Assembly (NCBI GenBank): GCA_963662615.2
Contig: CAXXSR010000001.1
Span: 1,504,001 to 1,568,000 of the forward strand
Source: Dehalococcoidia bacterium
GTDB lineage: Bacteria; Chloroflexota; Dehalococcoidia; Bin125
Length of the DNA stretch: 64,000 bases
Direction of reading: 5' to 3'
A model generated the notes under the pieces. The model ran no database searches, was not told where the DNA came from, and worked only from the letters and a program-made list of their open reading frames with translations. Made by a program: the position numbers and the translations under genes. Positions 39,201-49,900 of this stretch are shown in pieces. Every line of letters begins with the position of its first letter. Position 1 is the first letter of the stretch.

Positions 39201-39855
39201 AGTTTCTCGCCGAGAGTGAAGCGCGGTCGCCGTGACCAACCGGACCGCGGCAATGTAATCTCCGCCGAACATCCAGCGTCCAACAGCGTTGGGTCCGGCC
39301 GGGAGGGCCGGACGGGCCAGGCGCGAAGATGCATCTCTTCGCCGTCGAGAGAGGCCTCACGCTCATCGAGCCCCGCGAAAATGCGCCCTCAGGCCGCGGG
39401 TAGGTACGCGACGATCTGACGGTTGCCGGCATCGGACGGCCGCCGGATCGGGCGCCGGCGCGCGGATTTACCTTGGCTTTACCTCACTCTGGAACCAGCG
39501 AGCTGGGCCGCGCGTCTTGCCGATCAGGAACCGTTCCGTGGGCAAGCAACGCGCTGCGTGTGAGTCTCGTGTTGAGGGCGTGACAGACCGACGCACCTGG
39601 CATGGGCGATAGTGGAGATGCGTTGCTCGGACGGCGCCCGCGAACGGGCCAACAGGCCGGAACGTGGGCGGTCGAGAAGCGCCGCAGACCCAACGAGAGC
39701 CCAGGCGCAGGGCAGATCCGGATCTACTCGTGTGGGGACGGGCCGCCGTTCAGTCCTCCGGCGAATCTTCACCCTTCCTGAGACGGGGAGAGAGTTCCGC
39801 CGCCCGTCCTGTCTGAATACGACCGTGCTGTCTGAATACGAAAGGTGACCATCGA

Positions 39856-40380
39856 ATGCAACAACTCGTCACATCCGTTCTTCGGCCCCTCCGCCGATCC
39901 TCTCTGCGCTCTCACCCTCAGGTCGGCGCGCTCCGAGATATCCCTCTGTTCGATCACCTCGACGACGCGGCGCTGGCGAGACTCGCCCGGCACGTCGATC
40001 GGGTGACCGTTGGCGCGGGTACAGTCCTGGTTCGCCAGGGGGCGCGTCCGTCCCGCGATCTCCTGCTCATTCTCGACGGGGCAGTTCGCATCGAACGAGA
40101 CGGCGGGGAGCTGGCGCGGCTCGGCAGCGGGGATTTCCTCGGCGAGCTGTCCCTCCTGGACGGCATGCCGACCACCGCAACGGCGATCGTCGAGACGCGA
40201 ACAGATCTCTTGATCCTTCACCGCGATGGGTTCATGCAGTTGCTCGACACGGATCCGCTCTTCCTGCGCAAGCTCACGCTCGCGCTTGGGCGGCGGCTTC
40301 GCGCCACCAACGAGGCGGTAGCCGGCTTAGGACGCGCGCAGCGGTCCCTCAGTCGGGGAGATTCCGGATCACCTCCGTGA
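39856..40380 (+). CDS. Stand-alone cyclic nucleotide-binding domain protein
   Basis: 'LRDIPLFDHL', 'LGSGDFLGELSLLDGMPTTAT'. Confidence 0.85.
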   Translation: MQQLVTSVLRPLRRSSLRSHPQVGALRDIPLFDHLDDAALARLARHVDRVTVGAGTVLVRQGARPSRDLLLILDGAVRIERDGGELARLGSGDFLGELSLLDGMPTTATAIVETRTDLLILHRDGFMQLLDTDPLFLRKLTLALGRRLRATNEAVAGLGRAQRSLSRGDSGSPP

Positions 40381-40581
40381 CGAAGGTTCGCTCCGACACG
40401 GCTCCGCACCACGCTACCTGCGCCAAGGCTCCGCGGAGCCGCTCTCCGATGGTGCCTCACGACGCGCGACCTTCCTCGCGGCTGCATGAACGCACGCACG
40501 CACCCGGCAAGATCTGCTTGACAGCACCGACTAGCCTTTGCTGTGTCCGCGATCCAGCGGCACCGCAGGAGGTCAGGACGG

Positions 40582-41493
40582 ATGGCGCTGCCGCAGCACG
40601 TCACGATTACCGAGGTGGACCCGCGCGACGGCCTCCAGAACGAGGAGCGGATCGTTGACACCGACCGCAAGGTCGCCTTCATCGACGCCCTGGCCGCCGC
40701 CGGCCTGCGCCGCATTGAGGCGGTCTCCTTCGTCAATCCCAAGTGGGTCCCGCAAATGCACGACGCCGCGGCGCTGATGGCCGCCCTGCCCCGACGCCCT
40801 GGGGTGACGTACATCGCGCTGGTGCCGAACGAGACCGGAGCGTGCAACGCGCTCAGCGCCGGCGTCGATGAGCTGGGCACGGTGCTCTCCGCCACGGAGA
40901 CGCACAACCGCAAGAACGTCAACCGCTCGATCGACGAGTCGCTGGCGGGCGTTGAGGTCGTGGCGCGGCTGGCCGCCGCCGCAAATACGCCCTGGGACGG
41001 CTACATCTCCTGCGCCTTCGGCTGCCCCTATGAGGGTCCCGTCCCTCTCGACGCCGTGCTCAGCATCGCCGAGCGCCTCCGCGGGCTGGGCACCGCCGGC
41101 ATCTCCCTGGGCGACACCGTCGGCAGCGGCAACCCCCGTCAGGTCAAAGAGACCGTGCGCGCCTTCCGCCGGGCCCTCCCGGGCACGCCGCTGCGCCTCC
41201 ACTTCCACGACACGCGCGGCACGGGCCTGCCCAACGTACTGGCCGCCCTGGAAGAGGGCGTGGACCGCTTCGACGGCTCCGTGGGCGGGCTGGGCGGCTG
41301 CCCCTACGCACCCGGCGCCGCCGGCAACGTGGCCACGGAGGACCTGGTCTACATGCTTGAGGAGATGGGCATATCGAGCGGCGTCAACCTGGAGAAGCTG
41401 ATCGCCGTCGCCCGCGAGTCCGAAGAGATGGTCGGCCGCGCCCTTCCCGGCCGCGTCAAGCAAGCCACGCTCATCGCCCGTCCGTCCGCATAG
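40582..41493 (+). CDS. Hydroxymethylglutaryl-CoA lyase
   Basis: 'EVDPRDGLQNE', 'SFVNPKWVPQM', 'HFHDTRG', 'GLGGCPYAPGAAGNVATED'. Confidence 0.92.
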   Translation: MALPQHVTITEVDPRDGLQNEERIVDTDRKVAFIDALAAAGLRRIEAVSFVNPKWVPQMHDAAALMAALPRRPGVTYIALVPNETGACNALSAGVDELGTVLSATETHNRKNVNRSIDESLAGVEVVARLAAAANTPWDGYISCAFGCPYEGPVPLDAVLSIAERLRGLGTAGISLGDTVGSGNPRQVKETVRAFRRALPGTPLRLHFHDTRGTGLPNVLAALEEGVDRFDGSVGGLGGCPYAPGAAGNVATEDLVYMLEEMGISSGVNLEKLIAVARESEEMVGRALPGRVKQATLIARPSA

Positions 41494-41529
41494 TCCGTCC
41501 ACATAGTCCGGCCGAATAGTCCAGCCCAT
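41480..41529. repeat. About 4 x 13-bp tandem repeat that copies the HMG-CoA lyase stop codon
   Basis: gtccgtccgcata / gtccgtccacata / gtccggccgaata / gtccagcccat. Confidence 0.8.
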
Positions 41530-41646
41530 CGCGCGGGCCACGCGATGCGCCGAGGGCAGCGCATCGCGACGCGCGGGGCGCGCTTCCCACCGGCTCCCGG
41601 CGGGTTAGACTCCCCAGCGACCTGAGAGCAGGAAGGGAGGACGCCC

Positions 41647-42798
41647 ATGCCGCGTGATCTGGAAGGCCTCCTCGTCGTCTCGTTGGAGCAGGCCGTCGCC
41701 GCTCCCTACGCCTCATGCCGGCTCGCCGACGCCGGCGCCCGCGTGATCAAACTGGAACGCCCCGACGGGGATTTTGCCCGCCGCTATGACGCCGACGTGC
41801 TGGGACTCAGCGCCTATTTCGTCTGGCTCAACCGCGGCAAAGAGTCGTGCCGGGTTGACCTGAAAACCCCGCAGGACCTCGCGGTCGTCCGCGGCATGCT
41901 GGCGCAGGCCGACGTTTTCATCCAGAACCTCGCCCCTGGAGCAGCCGAGCGGTTGGGCATCGGCAGCGACGCGCTCCGGCAACAGCATCCATCTCTCATC
42001 ACCTGCGATATCAGCGGCTACGGGCAGGACGGCCCCTATCGGGAGTTGAAGGCGTACGACCTCCTGGTCCAGGCCGAATCCGGCCTCGCCTACCTGACCG
42101 GCACGCCGGATTCACCGGCGCGGGTCGGCGTGTCGGTGTGTGACATTGGCGCCGGCATGTACGCCTATCAGGCGATCCTGCAGGCGCTCTATGCCCGGCA
42201 GCGCGGCGGCCAGGGCCGGGGCATTCAGATCTCTCTCTTCCACAGTGTCGCCGATTGGATGAACGTTCCCTACCTGCAGCATCGCTACGGCGGCCGTGCG
42301 GTGTCGCGGCTGGGCCTGCAGCATCCCACCGTTGCGCCCTACGGCATGTATCCGTGCCGCGATGGCGAAGGCGTGCTCATCTCCGCCCAGAACGAGAGGG
42401 AGTGGCGGCGGCTGTGCGAGACGGTGCTGCAGCAGCCGAAGCTGGCCGACGATCCACGCTTCGCCACCAACCCCGACCGCGCGGAGCACCGCGCGGCGCT
42501 GGACGCGGTCATTGCTGCGGTGTTCGCGGCGCTGCCACGAGAGGAAATCGTGGCGCGGCTGGACGCCGCCAAGATCGCCTATGGGCGGCTGTCCTCGCTG
42601 GACGATCTGGACCAGCATCCGCAGAACCGCTTCATCACGGTAGCGACCAGCGGCGGGGAAGTGGAACTGCTCGCACCGCCGGCCGTCGTGCCCGGTGTGC
42701 ATGAGCGTTACGGGCCGGTTCCCGCGCTGGGCCAGCATGACGCGGCCATCCGGCGCGAATTCGCGCCGCGCGGTGACGCGGTGGATGCGGGCGCGTAG
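41647..42798 (+). CDS. CaiB/BaiF family (class III) CoA-transferase
   Basis: 'LEQAVAAPYASCRLADAGARVIKLE', 'LNRGKES', 'AYDLLVQAESG'. Confidence 0.93.
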   Translation: MPRDLEGLLVVSLEQAVAAPYASCRLADAGARVIKLERPDGDFARRYDADVLGLSAYFVWLNRGKESCRVDLKTPQDLAVVRGMLAQADVFIQNLAPGAAERLGIGSDALRQQHPSLITCDISGYGQDGPYRELKAYDLLVQAESGLAYLTGTPDSPARVGVSVCDIGAGMYAYQAILQALYARQRGGQGRGIQISLFHSVADWMNVPYLQHRYGGRAVSRLGLQHPTVAPYGMYPCRDGEGVLISAQNEREWRRLCETVLQQPKLADDPRFATNPDRAEHRAALDAVIAAVFAALPREEIVARLDAAKIAYGRLSSLDDLDQHPQNRFITVATSGGEVELLAPPAVVPGVHERYGPVPALGQHDAAIRREFAPRGDAVDAGA

Positions 42799-43348
42799 CC
42801 GGCACGGAGCGGCCGGCCGGAGCGTTGGGCCGGGTCCGCCGGCAGGCGCCGGGGCCCCGACTACGTCGATGCGCCGGGCCGGCTCCTGCTCTCTGCGCAA
42901 CACTCCGTCCTCTGTGCGAATTTCTTTGGGACGACCCCTAAAGATCGCCGCCGCACTCACCGACACTCTCTTGGTATGCCCCAGACAGCGCCGGACACGA
43001 GGCGGAAAACGAGGGGCCGGCACCATGAGGCGAAGGGAACAACGAGGGTGACGCAGGCAACGATCGCATCGGACGGCCGCGGGGCGCAGCAAGACACGCG
43101 GGCGAGGGGCGGACCCGGCGCGGTGGTCGGCGCTTGCAACCGGTCAAGCGGCCCCTTCCTCGAATCCCAGCGAGAAGGAGATCGCAATCGACCTTCGGGG
43201 TGGTTTCTGGTCGCTGTCAGCGGAGATGGGCCCCAGCCCGATGCGCCCGGCGCGGTGCGCGCCGGGCGCGTGGCTTGAAAGGAGAAGCGTGGCGCCGCCG
43301 TGGTCCCGGGCCTGTGACAAAGGCCGCTCGGTCCGGGACCCGCCGCGG

Positions 43349-44233
43349 CTACGCGGCTTGGCGACGTTTGCGGGACTTGTCCTCGTACATCCGCGCGTCG
43401 GCGGCAGCAAGGGCATCTTCGACCGCCGTACCAGGGCGCAGCACCGCCCAGCCGACGCTCAGGGCGAGGGTGAAGCGCTCAGCAGTCAGCGCGTTGGACG
43501 CCACTACCTGTCCCCAAATGCGCTCAAGGATGAAGGGGGCGCTCTGCTCCGTTGCCCCAATGGCGCAACAGACGAACTCGTCGCCGCCGAGACGGGCGAC
43601 GATGTCCGAACCTCGGAATGATTGGCGGAGGACTTGGGCAACTGCCACGAGCGCGCGGTCGCCCTCGGCATGACCCAGCGAGTCATTGATCTCCTTGAAG
43701 TGATCGACGTCGGCGAGGAAGAGCAGCCATGCCAGGTTCGTGCGTTCGGAAAGCTTGAGCTGCTGCTCGGCCAGCGTGAGGAAGCCGCGTCGGTTGAACA
43801 GCCCGGTCAGCTCATCGAAGAGGGTCGAGTCTCGCAGCTGCTGCTGCAAGCGATGGCGCTCTAACGCGTAGCGAACGATCCGAGGGAGCAAGACGGCCGC
43901 CGTCTCTCCTTTGACCACGTAGTCCTGTGCCCCGGCCGTCACCGCCTCTACAGCCACCGCGTCATCCCCCAGGCCGGACAGCACCACGATCGGAATCGCT
44001 TGGGCCACGGCCGCGAGCCGCTGAAAGGTGGCGATGCCGCCGCTGTCGGGCAGGCCGAGGTCGAGCAGGATGAGGTCAACGCCGCCGCCATCGAGCCGAG
44101 TGAGAGCCGCCGCCAGCCGGTCGACCGCCTCCAATGTGAAGGCGCCGGCAAGCTCTTCTTGAAGACTGAGCTCCACCAGGCGGCGATCGCCGAGATTGTC
44201 CTCAACGAGCAGAATGTGGATCTGGCTGGGCAC
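43349..44233 (-). CDS. Response regulator with diguanylate cyclase (REC-GGDEF)
   Basis: 'LLVEDN', 'LLDLGLPD', 'DELTGLFNRR', I-site RGSD, 'RLGGDEF'. Confidence 0.93.
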   Translation of the reverse strand: MPSQIHILLVEDNLGDRRLVELSLQEELAGAFTLEAVDRLAAALTRLDGGGVDLILLDLGLPDSGGIATFQRLAAVAQAIPIVVLSGLGDDAVAVEAVTAGAQDYVVKGETAAVLLPRIVRYALERHRLQQQLRDSTLFDELTGLFNRRGFLTLAEQQLKLSERTNLAWLLFLADVDHFKEINDSLGHAEGDRALVAVAQVLRQSFRGSDIVARLGGDEFVCCAIGATEQSAPFILERIWGQVVASNALTAERFTLALSVGWAVLRPGTAVEDALAAADARMYEDKSRKRRQAA

Positions 44234-44242
44234 CGATAGATC

Positions 44243-44677
44243 CTAGGTCCGCAGCAGGGTCACGATGCTCAGCCAGAAATCGTCCACGGAACGCACGACC
44301 CGCACGAACTGGTCGAAGTCCACGGGCTTGGTGATGTAGCAATTGACGTGGTGGTCATAGGCCCGCAGGACGTCCCGGTCATCGCTCGATGTGGTCATGA
44401 CGACCACGGGGATCTGCCGCAGCGTCGGGTCTCCCTTGATTTCGGTCAGCACCTCCCGTCCGTCCTTCTTCGGCAGGTTGAGGTCCAGGATGATCAGGTC
44501 AGGACGTGGGGCCTCGCCGTAGGGCTGTTCCCGTCGCAGAAACGACATGGCCTCAACGCCATCCTGCGTGACGTGCAATGCGTTCGTCATGCGGGCTTCC
44601 TTGAGCGCCTCCACGGTCAGGCGGACATCGCCGGGATTGTCCTCCACCAACATGATCTCGATCGGTCGTAGGTGCAT
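44243..44677 (-). CDS. Single-domain response regulator (Rcp1-like)
   Basis: 'LVEDNPGD', '[15 protein letters not shown]', '[10 protein letters not shown]', 'FWL'. Confidence 0.95.
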   Translation of the reverse strand: MHLRPIEIMLVEDNPGDVRLTVEALKEARMTNALHVTQDGVEAMSFLRREQPYGEAPRPDLIILDLNLPKKDGREVLTEIKGDPTLRQIPVVVMTTSSDDRDVLRAYDHHVNCYITKPVDFDQFVRVVRSVDDFWLSIVTLLRT

Positions 44678-44679
44678 GG

Positions 44680-46495
44680 CTACGCGGCCTCCTTCCCAGC
44701 GGGAATGGTGAAATGAAACGTCGCGCCGTGGCCGTCCTGGGATTCAACCCAGATGCGACCGCGGTGCCGTTGGACGATCTTCTTGCAGAGGGCGAGGCCC
44801 ACGCCGGTCCCGGGATACTCCTCCCGCGAATGCAACCGTTGAAACATCTCGAAGATCCGCCGGTGGTAGGCCGGATCAATGCCGATCCCGTTGTCGCGCA
44901 CGGAGAAGGACCAGCCGGTCGCCAGGTAGCTGTAGCTGGCGGAGACGTGAATGCGTGGCGCATCGCTGCTGCGGTACCGGATGGCATTGAGGATGAGGTT
45001 CTGCAGGAGCGTGCGGAATTGCAGGGGATCGACGTCGATGGTGGGTAGGGCGTCGCTGGAGATCTCGGCGCCGCTCTCGGCGATGGCCTCGGTGATGTCG
45101 TGGCAGACGTCCCGCAGGACTTCGGCCGAATCCGTCGGCTGCGGCTCGGATGCCTGCCGGGTAATTCGCGAGAACTGCAGCAGCCCTTGGATCAACGCCT
45201 GCATCCGATTGGCGCCGTCTACCGCGAAGGCAATGTACTCGTCCGCTTCGTCGTCCAGCCGGCCTTGATAGCGCCGCGCCAACAGTTGCGTGTAGCTGGC
45301 CACCATACGGAGCGGTTCCTGGAGATCGTGCGAGGCGACGTAGGCGAACCGCTCCAGGTCCGAATTCGAGCGCCGCAGCTCCTCGGTTTGGACTTCGAGC
45401 TCGCGCTGGGCCCGGCCAATGGCGACCGCGTGCCTGGAGCGCAGCGCCAGGTAGAGGGCGAGCGCCGCGGTGGCGACAATGCCGGCGGTCAGCAGCAGCC
45501 AGCTTGGCGCGGCGGAGCCGAGGGGTAAGCTGTCGTCCGCCGAGGCCACGACGAGGCGCCAGGGGCGGGAGCCAACGACGATGGGACCGACGAGCCGCGT
45601 GTCGGTCGTTTCCAGATGCGCGGCAAGCAGGGTGAGATCTGGCGAGCGTGACGCGTGTGCCGTGGTGTAAAGCAGCCGCTCATCCTCCGCGGCCGCCTCG
45701 TCGATCACGATGGCGTCGAAATCATCCATAGGGAAGTTGGCGAGCGCGCTCTCGACGATGTCGGCGACCCGGTAGACGCCGAGGATGAAGCCCTCAAGCT
45801 CGGCAAGCGGCCCCGTCGCGTTGTCGGCGTACACCGGGACGTAGGCAAGGAAGCTGGCCTGCGGCTCGGCGTCCTGAACGAGCTGGATCGGCGCGGTGAT
45901 GGCCAAGGCGCTCGATTCCCGCGCGCGTGTGAGGGCGCTGCGGCGGTTCGCCTCCGAGCCGAGATCGAATCCGAGCGCGCCGCGATTGGGCTGGATGGGC
46001 TCGACGAAGTAGACGGGGAAGTACTCGTCGCGCTCCGCGGCGCGGACGAGCGCCCCATCGGGCCCGCGTTCAGTGATCTCGTATCCCGCGACGTCCTCAC
46101 CCGCCTGTCGTTCGTGTACCGTCCGCTCGCTCGCCCTGACGTATGGGATCCACTCCAGCGCGAGGATCTCACCCTGCGACGGGAAAACGACTGTGTCCGC
46201 CAACCCGGTTCGCTGTCCCAGGGTGATGTGGACCAAGTCGTGGAAGGTATCCCGGTCGATGATCGACGAGGCCTCGTAGAGCTTCGCCAACGACTGGACC
46301 GCACCCAACGAGTGGTCGATCTCGTTTTCGATCGCTGCGAGCCGTTCCTCAAGGTCGACCCGGAAGCTACTGACGGCCGAATCGTGGCGCGCCGAGCGCA
46401 AGGCGAAAAAGACGACGACGGTCGGGGTGAGGCCGAAAAGCACAACGGCCCCAGGGAAGGCAGCGAAGGAGTCTCGTGGGGAAACGGGTTGTCAT
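44680..46495 (-). CDS. CHASE-domain sensor histidine kinase, with an apparent 1-nt insertion near the start
   Basis: CHASE 'YFPVYFVEP...ALGFDL', H-box '[14 protein letters not shown]', '[12 protein letters not shown]'. ATG at 46495 joins the main frame if one G is removed from the G4 run (46449-46452); in-frame GTG at 46443. Confidence 0.88.
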
Positions 46496-46791
46496 GGAGT
46501 TGCTCCGGCCGGGGCCGTGCGGGGTGCGGGGACAGCAGTGCGCGAGAAGCGCGCGGTGGCCTTGGGAAACGCCCGACTCAGCGCCGAGATCGTTCTTGAC
46601 TCTAGTAACGGGCGCGCCGGTGTGCGTCCTCCCGAATCCCTACAAGCGCAGCGGAATTCGCCTCGACCGCTTCTCCGAGCCGACCGACGTCATTCGGCAT
46701 TTCCAATCGGAGCGCACCGGTCGGTGCGCCATCCGCTGGCGTCCTCATGGCCGGGAGAGCAGAGGGGGAAGGCAGAGCGCGCCGCCCGCAA

Positions 46792-46904
46792 TCGTGCCCG
46801 GTGTGCACGAGCGTTACGGGCCGGTTCCGGCGCTGGGCGAGCACGATGTGGCGATCCGGCGCGAATTCGCGCCTCGCGGGGAGTCGGTCATTGCGGGCGG
46901 CTAG
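46792..46904 (+). pseudogene. Orphan duplicate of the last 113 nt of the CaiB gene (42686-42798)
   Basis: VPGVHERYGPVPALGEHDVAIRREFAPRG...TAG; 97/113 identical by hand count, with many differences synonymous. Confidence 0.88.
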
Positions 46905-47011
46905 GCGGCGCCAAAAGGCAGCTAGTGGTTCGAGCGTCTGCCGGTTCTCAGGGTCTCGCAGGACCTCGCGGTGCAGCCGCGCGTTAGGCGAGTCAGAGTA
47001 GACTGTCCCCC

Positions 47012-48103
47012 ATGTCAGACCTTACCGACCTCGTCGCGCGACTCGCCACGAGTGAAAACCTCGATCAAGGTGGAGAAACGGGGACTCGACAGGCGGCCGT
47101 CCTGCCAGTCCTCGAGGCACTGGGGTGGAATTGGCGCGATCTGGAAGAGGTCGAACCCGAGTTCGCCGTCTCTGGCGGGAGGGTGGATTACTGCTTGCGA
47201 TCTGGGACCCGCGAGCTCGTCTTCATAGAAGTGAAGCGAGCCGGCACGGATCTGACATCGCATCAGGAGCAGCTTCTGGAGTACGCGTTCCGAGATGGCG
47301 TGCCCCTGGCGGCGCTAACCGAAGGCAGAACATGGTGGCTCTACCTGCCGACGGAGGAGGGGAGCTGGGAGCAGCGCAAGTTTTTTAGCATCGACTTTCG
47401 TCGGCAACAGCCAGAGAGCGCCGCTGAATCGTTGAAGCGCTTTCTGGCTAAGGAAGCTGTGGTCGCAGGCGACGCAGTACAGCGGGCAAAGGTGGAGTTT
47501 CGAGGGCAGGCTCGCGAAAGGAGGACCCGAGAGGCACTACCGAGAGCATGGCAGGAATTGCTTACCGGGCCCGATGAACTCCTAGCAGAGCTGCTAGCCG
47601 AGGCGGTCGAGGGCATCTCTGGACATCGACCGGATGCGGAGCCCGTCGCGCGTTTTCTCCTACAATGTGCGCCCGCGTCGCAGGGTGTCGCAATTGCGAA
47701 GCGCAAGGCGGCCCCGGACGTAGCACCGGAGCCACATGCCTCCAGATCGCCCGTGGCTCAATACACTGGGTGACAGCCTCGAGCTCTCCTTCTCAATGAT
47801 GCGAGGTACGAGGTGACAAGCTGGCGCAAGCTCCTGGTCAAAACCTGCGAAGTGCTTGCCGCGGAGCGCGGCGCAAGATTCACAGAAGCCGTGCTGCAAG
47901 TTCGCGGCCGAAAGCGCGCCTACTTCAGCAAACGAGCAGAGACTCTCGTCGATCCGCTTTCGCTTTCCTCGGCGGACTTGTACGTCGAGGGAAACCTCAG
48001 CGCGAACCGCTGCGCGAATCTCGCACGGCGTGTGGTTCGCGTCGTGCTGGGCTCAGACGAGCGCTTCGCTATCGATCTGGCCGACGAGCCTGAGCGACAG
48101 TAG
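47012..48103 (+). pseudogene. Restriction-endonuclease-like protein (HsdR N-terminal-like PD-(D/E)xK domain plus C-terminal domain) interrupted by an in-frame TGA
   Basis: 'VLPVLEALGW...EVEPEFAVSGGRVDYCL...FIEVKR...QEQLLEYAF...LTEG'. TGA at 47771-47773; the same frame continues 'QPRALLLNDARYEVTSWRKLL...YVEGNLSA' to 48103. Confidence 0.75.
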
Positions 48104-48373
48104 ACGCAATCACGAGCGTTTCCTGTGCCGACGGCGCTCACGACCACTTTTTACGATTCGTGCTTGTTGATCACGTCCTGAAGGGCGGCGGACTGTTCAA
48201 CGCTTGGGCGCGACCCGCATGGCCGCCCTGTTCCCGAACGATCCCGAGCCGTCGAAGAGAGTGCGCGCCGCCGCCTTGTGCAGTCGCGCCCGGCGGCTTC
48301 AGCGGTCAGGTGACGAGCGCGCCGCCCGCACGTGCGGGGCGGCGCGAGGGTGCGGAGATCGCCGGGGACGGCG

Positions 48374-48808
48374 TTAAACGTCGGGGTTGCGGCGGCGGCC
48401 CGTTCGCCGCTGGACCGCGTCAATCAAGGGCGCCAGCTCCAGCATGGCCAGCACGAGCACGGTCACGAGGAGGGCGACGAGCCGCAGCTCCTGTGCCACC
48501 AGCAAGCCCACGCCGGCCATGGCCCAGAGGGTGGCAGCCGTCGTCAGCCCCACGAGCCCTTGGCCGCGCTGAAAGATGAGCCCCGCCCCAATGAAGCCGA
48601 TGCCCTGCACGACGCCGGCGGCCACGCGCGAATCGTCGCTGAACGTCAAGCTGACGGCGCCGAAGATGGCGGCCCCCATGGTCACGAGGGCGTTGGTGCG
48701 GAGGCCGGCCTCGTGGTGCCGCAGCTCGCGCTCGATGCCGACGGCGGCGCCCAAGCCCAAGGCGAGCAAGATGTCGAGGAAGAGTTCAAGTTGGTCGGCC
48801 GTGCCCAT
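48374..48808 (-). CDS. MgtC/SapB family membrane protein
   Basis: 'GIERELRHHEAGLRTNALV', 'GIGFIGAGLI', 'GLTTAATLW'. Confidence 0.93.
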   Translation of the reverse strand: MGTADQLELFLDILLALGLGAAVGIERELRHHEAGLRTNALVTMGAAIFGAVSLTFSDDSRVAAGVVQGIGFIGAGLIFQRGQGLVGLTTAATLWAMAGVGLLVAQELRLVALLVTVLVLAMLELAPLIDAVQRRTGRRRNPDV

Positions 48809-48889
48809 TGCTCCAGCCCTCCTAGCGGCACGGTAGCCCAAGGAGCTGCTAGTGCGGGACGCGACCGTGGGGCCGGGCGGCAGCCGTGC

Positions 48890-49327
48890 CTACAGCTTGA
48901 GCGGCCTACTCTCGGCGACGCGCTGGGGGTCGCTTTTCCAGACAGCGGAGCCGTCGACGTACAGCTCGACGCCGTTGCCGTCGGGGTCGCGAAGGTAGAG
49001 CGCCTGCGAGACGGTGTGGTCGGTGACGGCGTCGATACGCACGCCCGCCGCCTCCAGCTCCGCCTTCACTTGCCGCAGCTCCTCCAGCGAGTCGCCCACC
49101 TTGAAGGCCAAGTGATACAAGCCGGGCGAGTTGGCGGGGGCGTCGGGCGCATCTTCGCCCACCGCCAGGAGAGCGAGGTCGTGGTGATTGCCCAGAGTGA
49201 AGAACGTCATGGGCGCGGTGGCGTGCCTGGCCGCAATGGGAATGCCAAGAACGCCGTGGTAAAAGGCCTCTCCCCGCTCCAGGTTGCGCACCCTGAGCAC
49301 GGCATGCCCGAGTCGTTGGACTTTCAC
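48890..49327 (-). CDS. VOC/glyoxalase family protein
   Basis: 'LGHAVLRVRNL', 'NHHDLAL', 'GLYHLAF', 'YLRDPDGNGVELY'. Confidence 0.9.
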   Translation of the reverse strand: MKVQRLGHAVLRVRNLERGEAFYHGVLGIPIAARHATAPMTFFTLGNHHDLALLAVGEDAPDAPANSPGLYHLAFKVGDSLEELRQVKAELEAAGVRIDAVTDHTVSQALYLRDPDGNGVELYVDGSAVWKSDPQRVAESRPLKL

Positions 49328-49600
49328 GCCGACCGAATCCTCTCTTGCTGCGACGGGCGCGCTCTGACGTGGACGCCGGCGTCGCCGGGAGCAGTCTAGC
49401 AGCGGCGCGAGAGCGTGGGCGAGATGGGGGGCGTTAGCTTCGGGCCACCGTCGACGGCGCCGCGCCGCGACGGATCAGGCGGACGTAGGCCCAACTGAGC
49501 GCGGCCGGCCAGACGCCGCCGAGCAACACTGCCGCGATCGGCTGAGGGACGCGGCCGCTCGGGAGTACGCTCGAGCCGCTACCGGGGGTAGACTCAGCGC

Positions 49601-49900
49601 GTGGACGACATCCGGGACATTGTCCTGATCGCCGCGCTGATTGGGCTGTCGCTGGTAATGCTCGTCGGCGCGCTCGTGATGGCGTTCGCGGCGAGCCGCA
49701 GCCTGCGCGGCCTGCGCGCGGTGCAGCGGCTGCACGACCGCCGAGTTCCCAGCGGCCTCGACCAACTCCAGACCCGCATGACGGCCTTGAATGAGCGGCA
49801 GGCATGGGAGCCGGGCGGCTTGGGAAGCCTGATCTGGGCCGTGTACCGCCGCCTGCGAGCCTGGAGGCGGCGGCGGCGCTTCGCCTTCCTGCGACGCTGA
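49601..49900 (+). CDS. Small membrane protein of unknown function
   Basis: N-terminal TM helix and basic C-terminus; it fills the gap between two minus-strand genes. Confidence 0.6.
   Translation: MDDIRDIVLIAALIGLSLVMLVGALVMAFAASRSLRGLRAVQRLHDRRVPSGLDQLQTRMTALNERQAWEPGGLGSLIWAVYRRLRAWRRRRRFAFLRR

Noticed and set aside
40518-40546. TTGACA as the promoter of the HMG-CoA lyase gene
   Set aside because: There is no acceptable -10 element at 16-18 bp spacing.
42800-43345. Short ORFs between caiB and the GGDEF gene
   Set aside because: No convincing SD, motif or coding pattern; treated as intergenic or decayed DNA.
46476-46904. 142-aa ORF as a real gene
   Set aside because: Only its last ~37 codons are recognisable (the caiB tail duplicate); the rest overlaps the kinase start and promoter region.
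47771-47773. In-frame TGA in the nuclease gene as selenocysteine
   Set aside because: There is no redox Cys-type motif context and no compact SECIS-like hairpin downstream; a nonsense mutation is simpler.
36681-48150. Integrase or transposase for the accessory region
   Set aside because: No ORF with tyrosine/serine recombinase or DDE motifs was recognised in any frame provided; short remnants cannot be excluded by eye.
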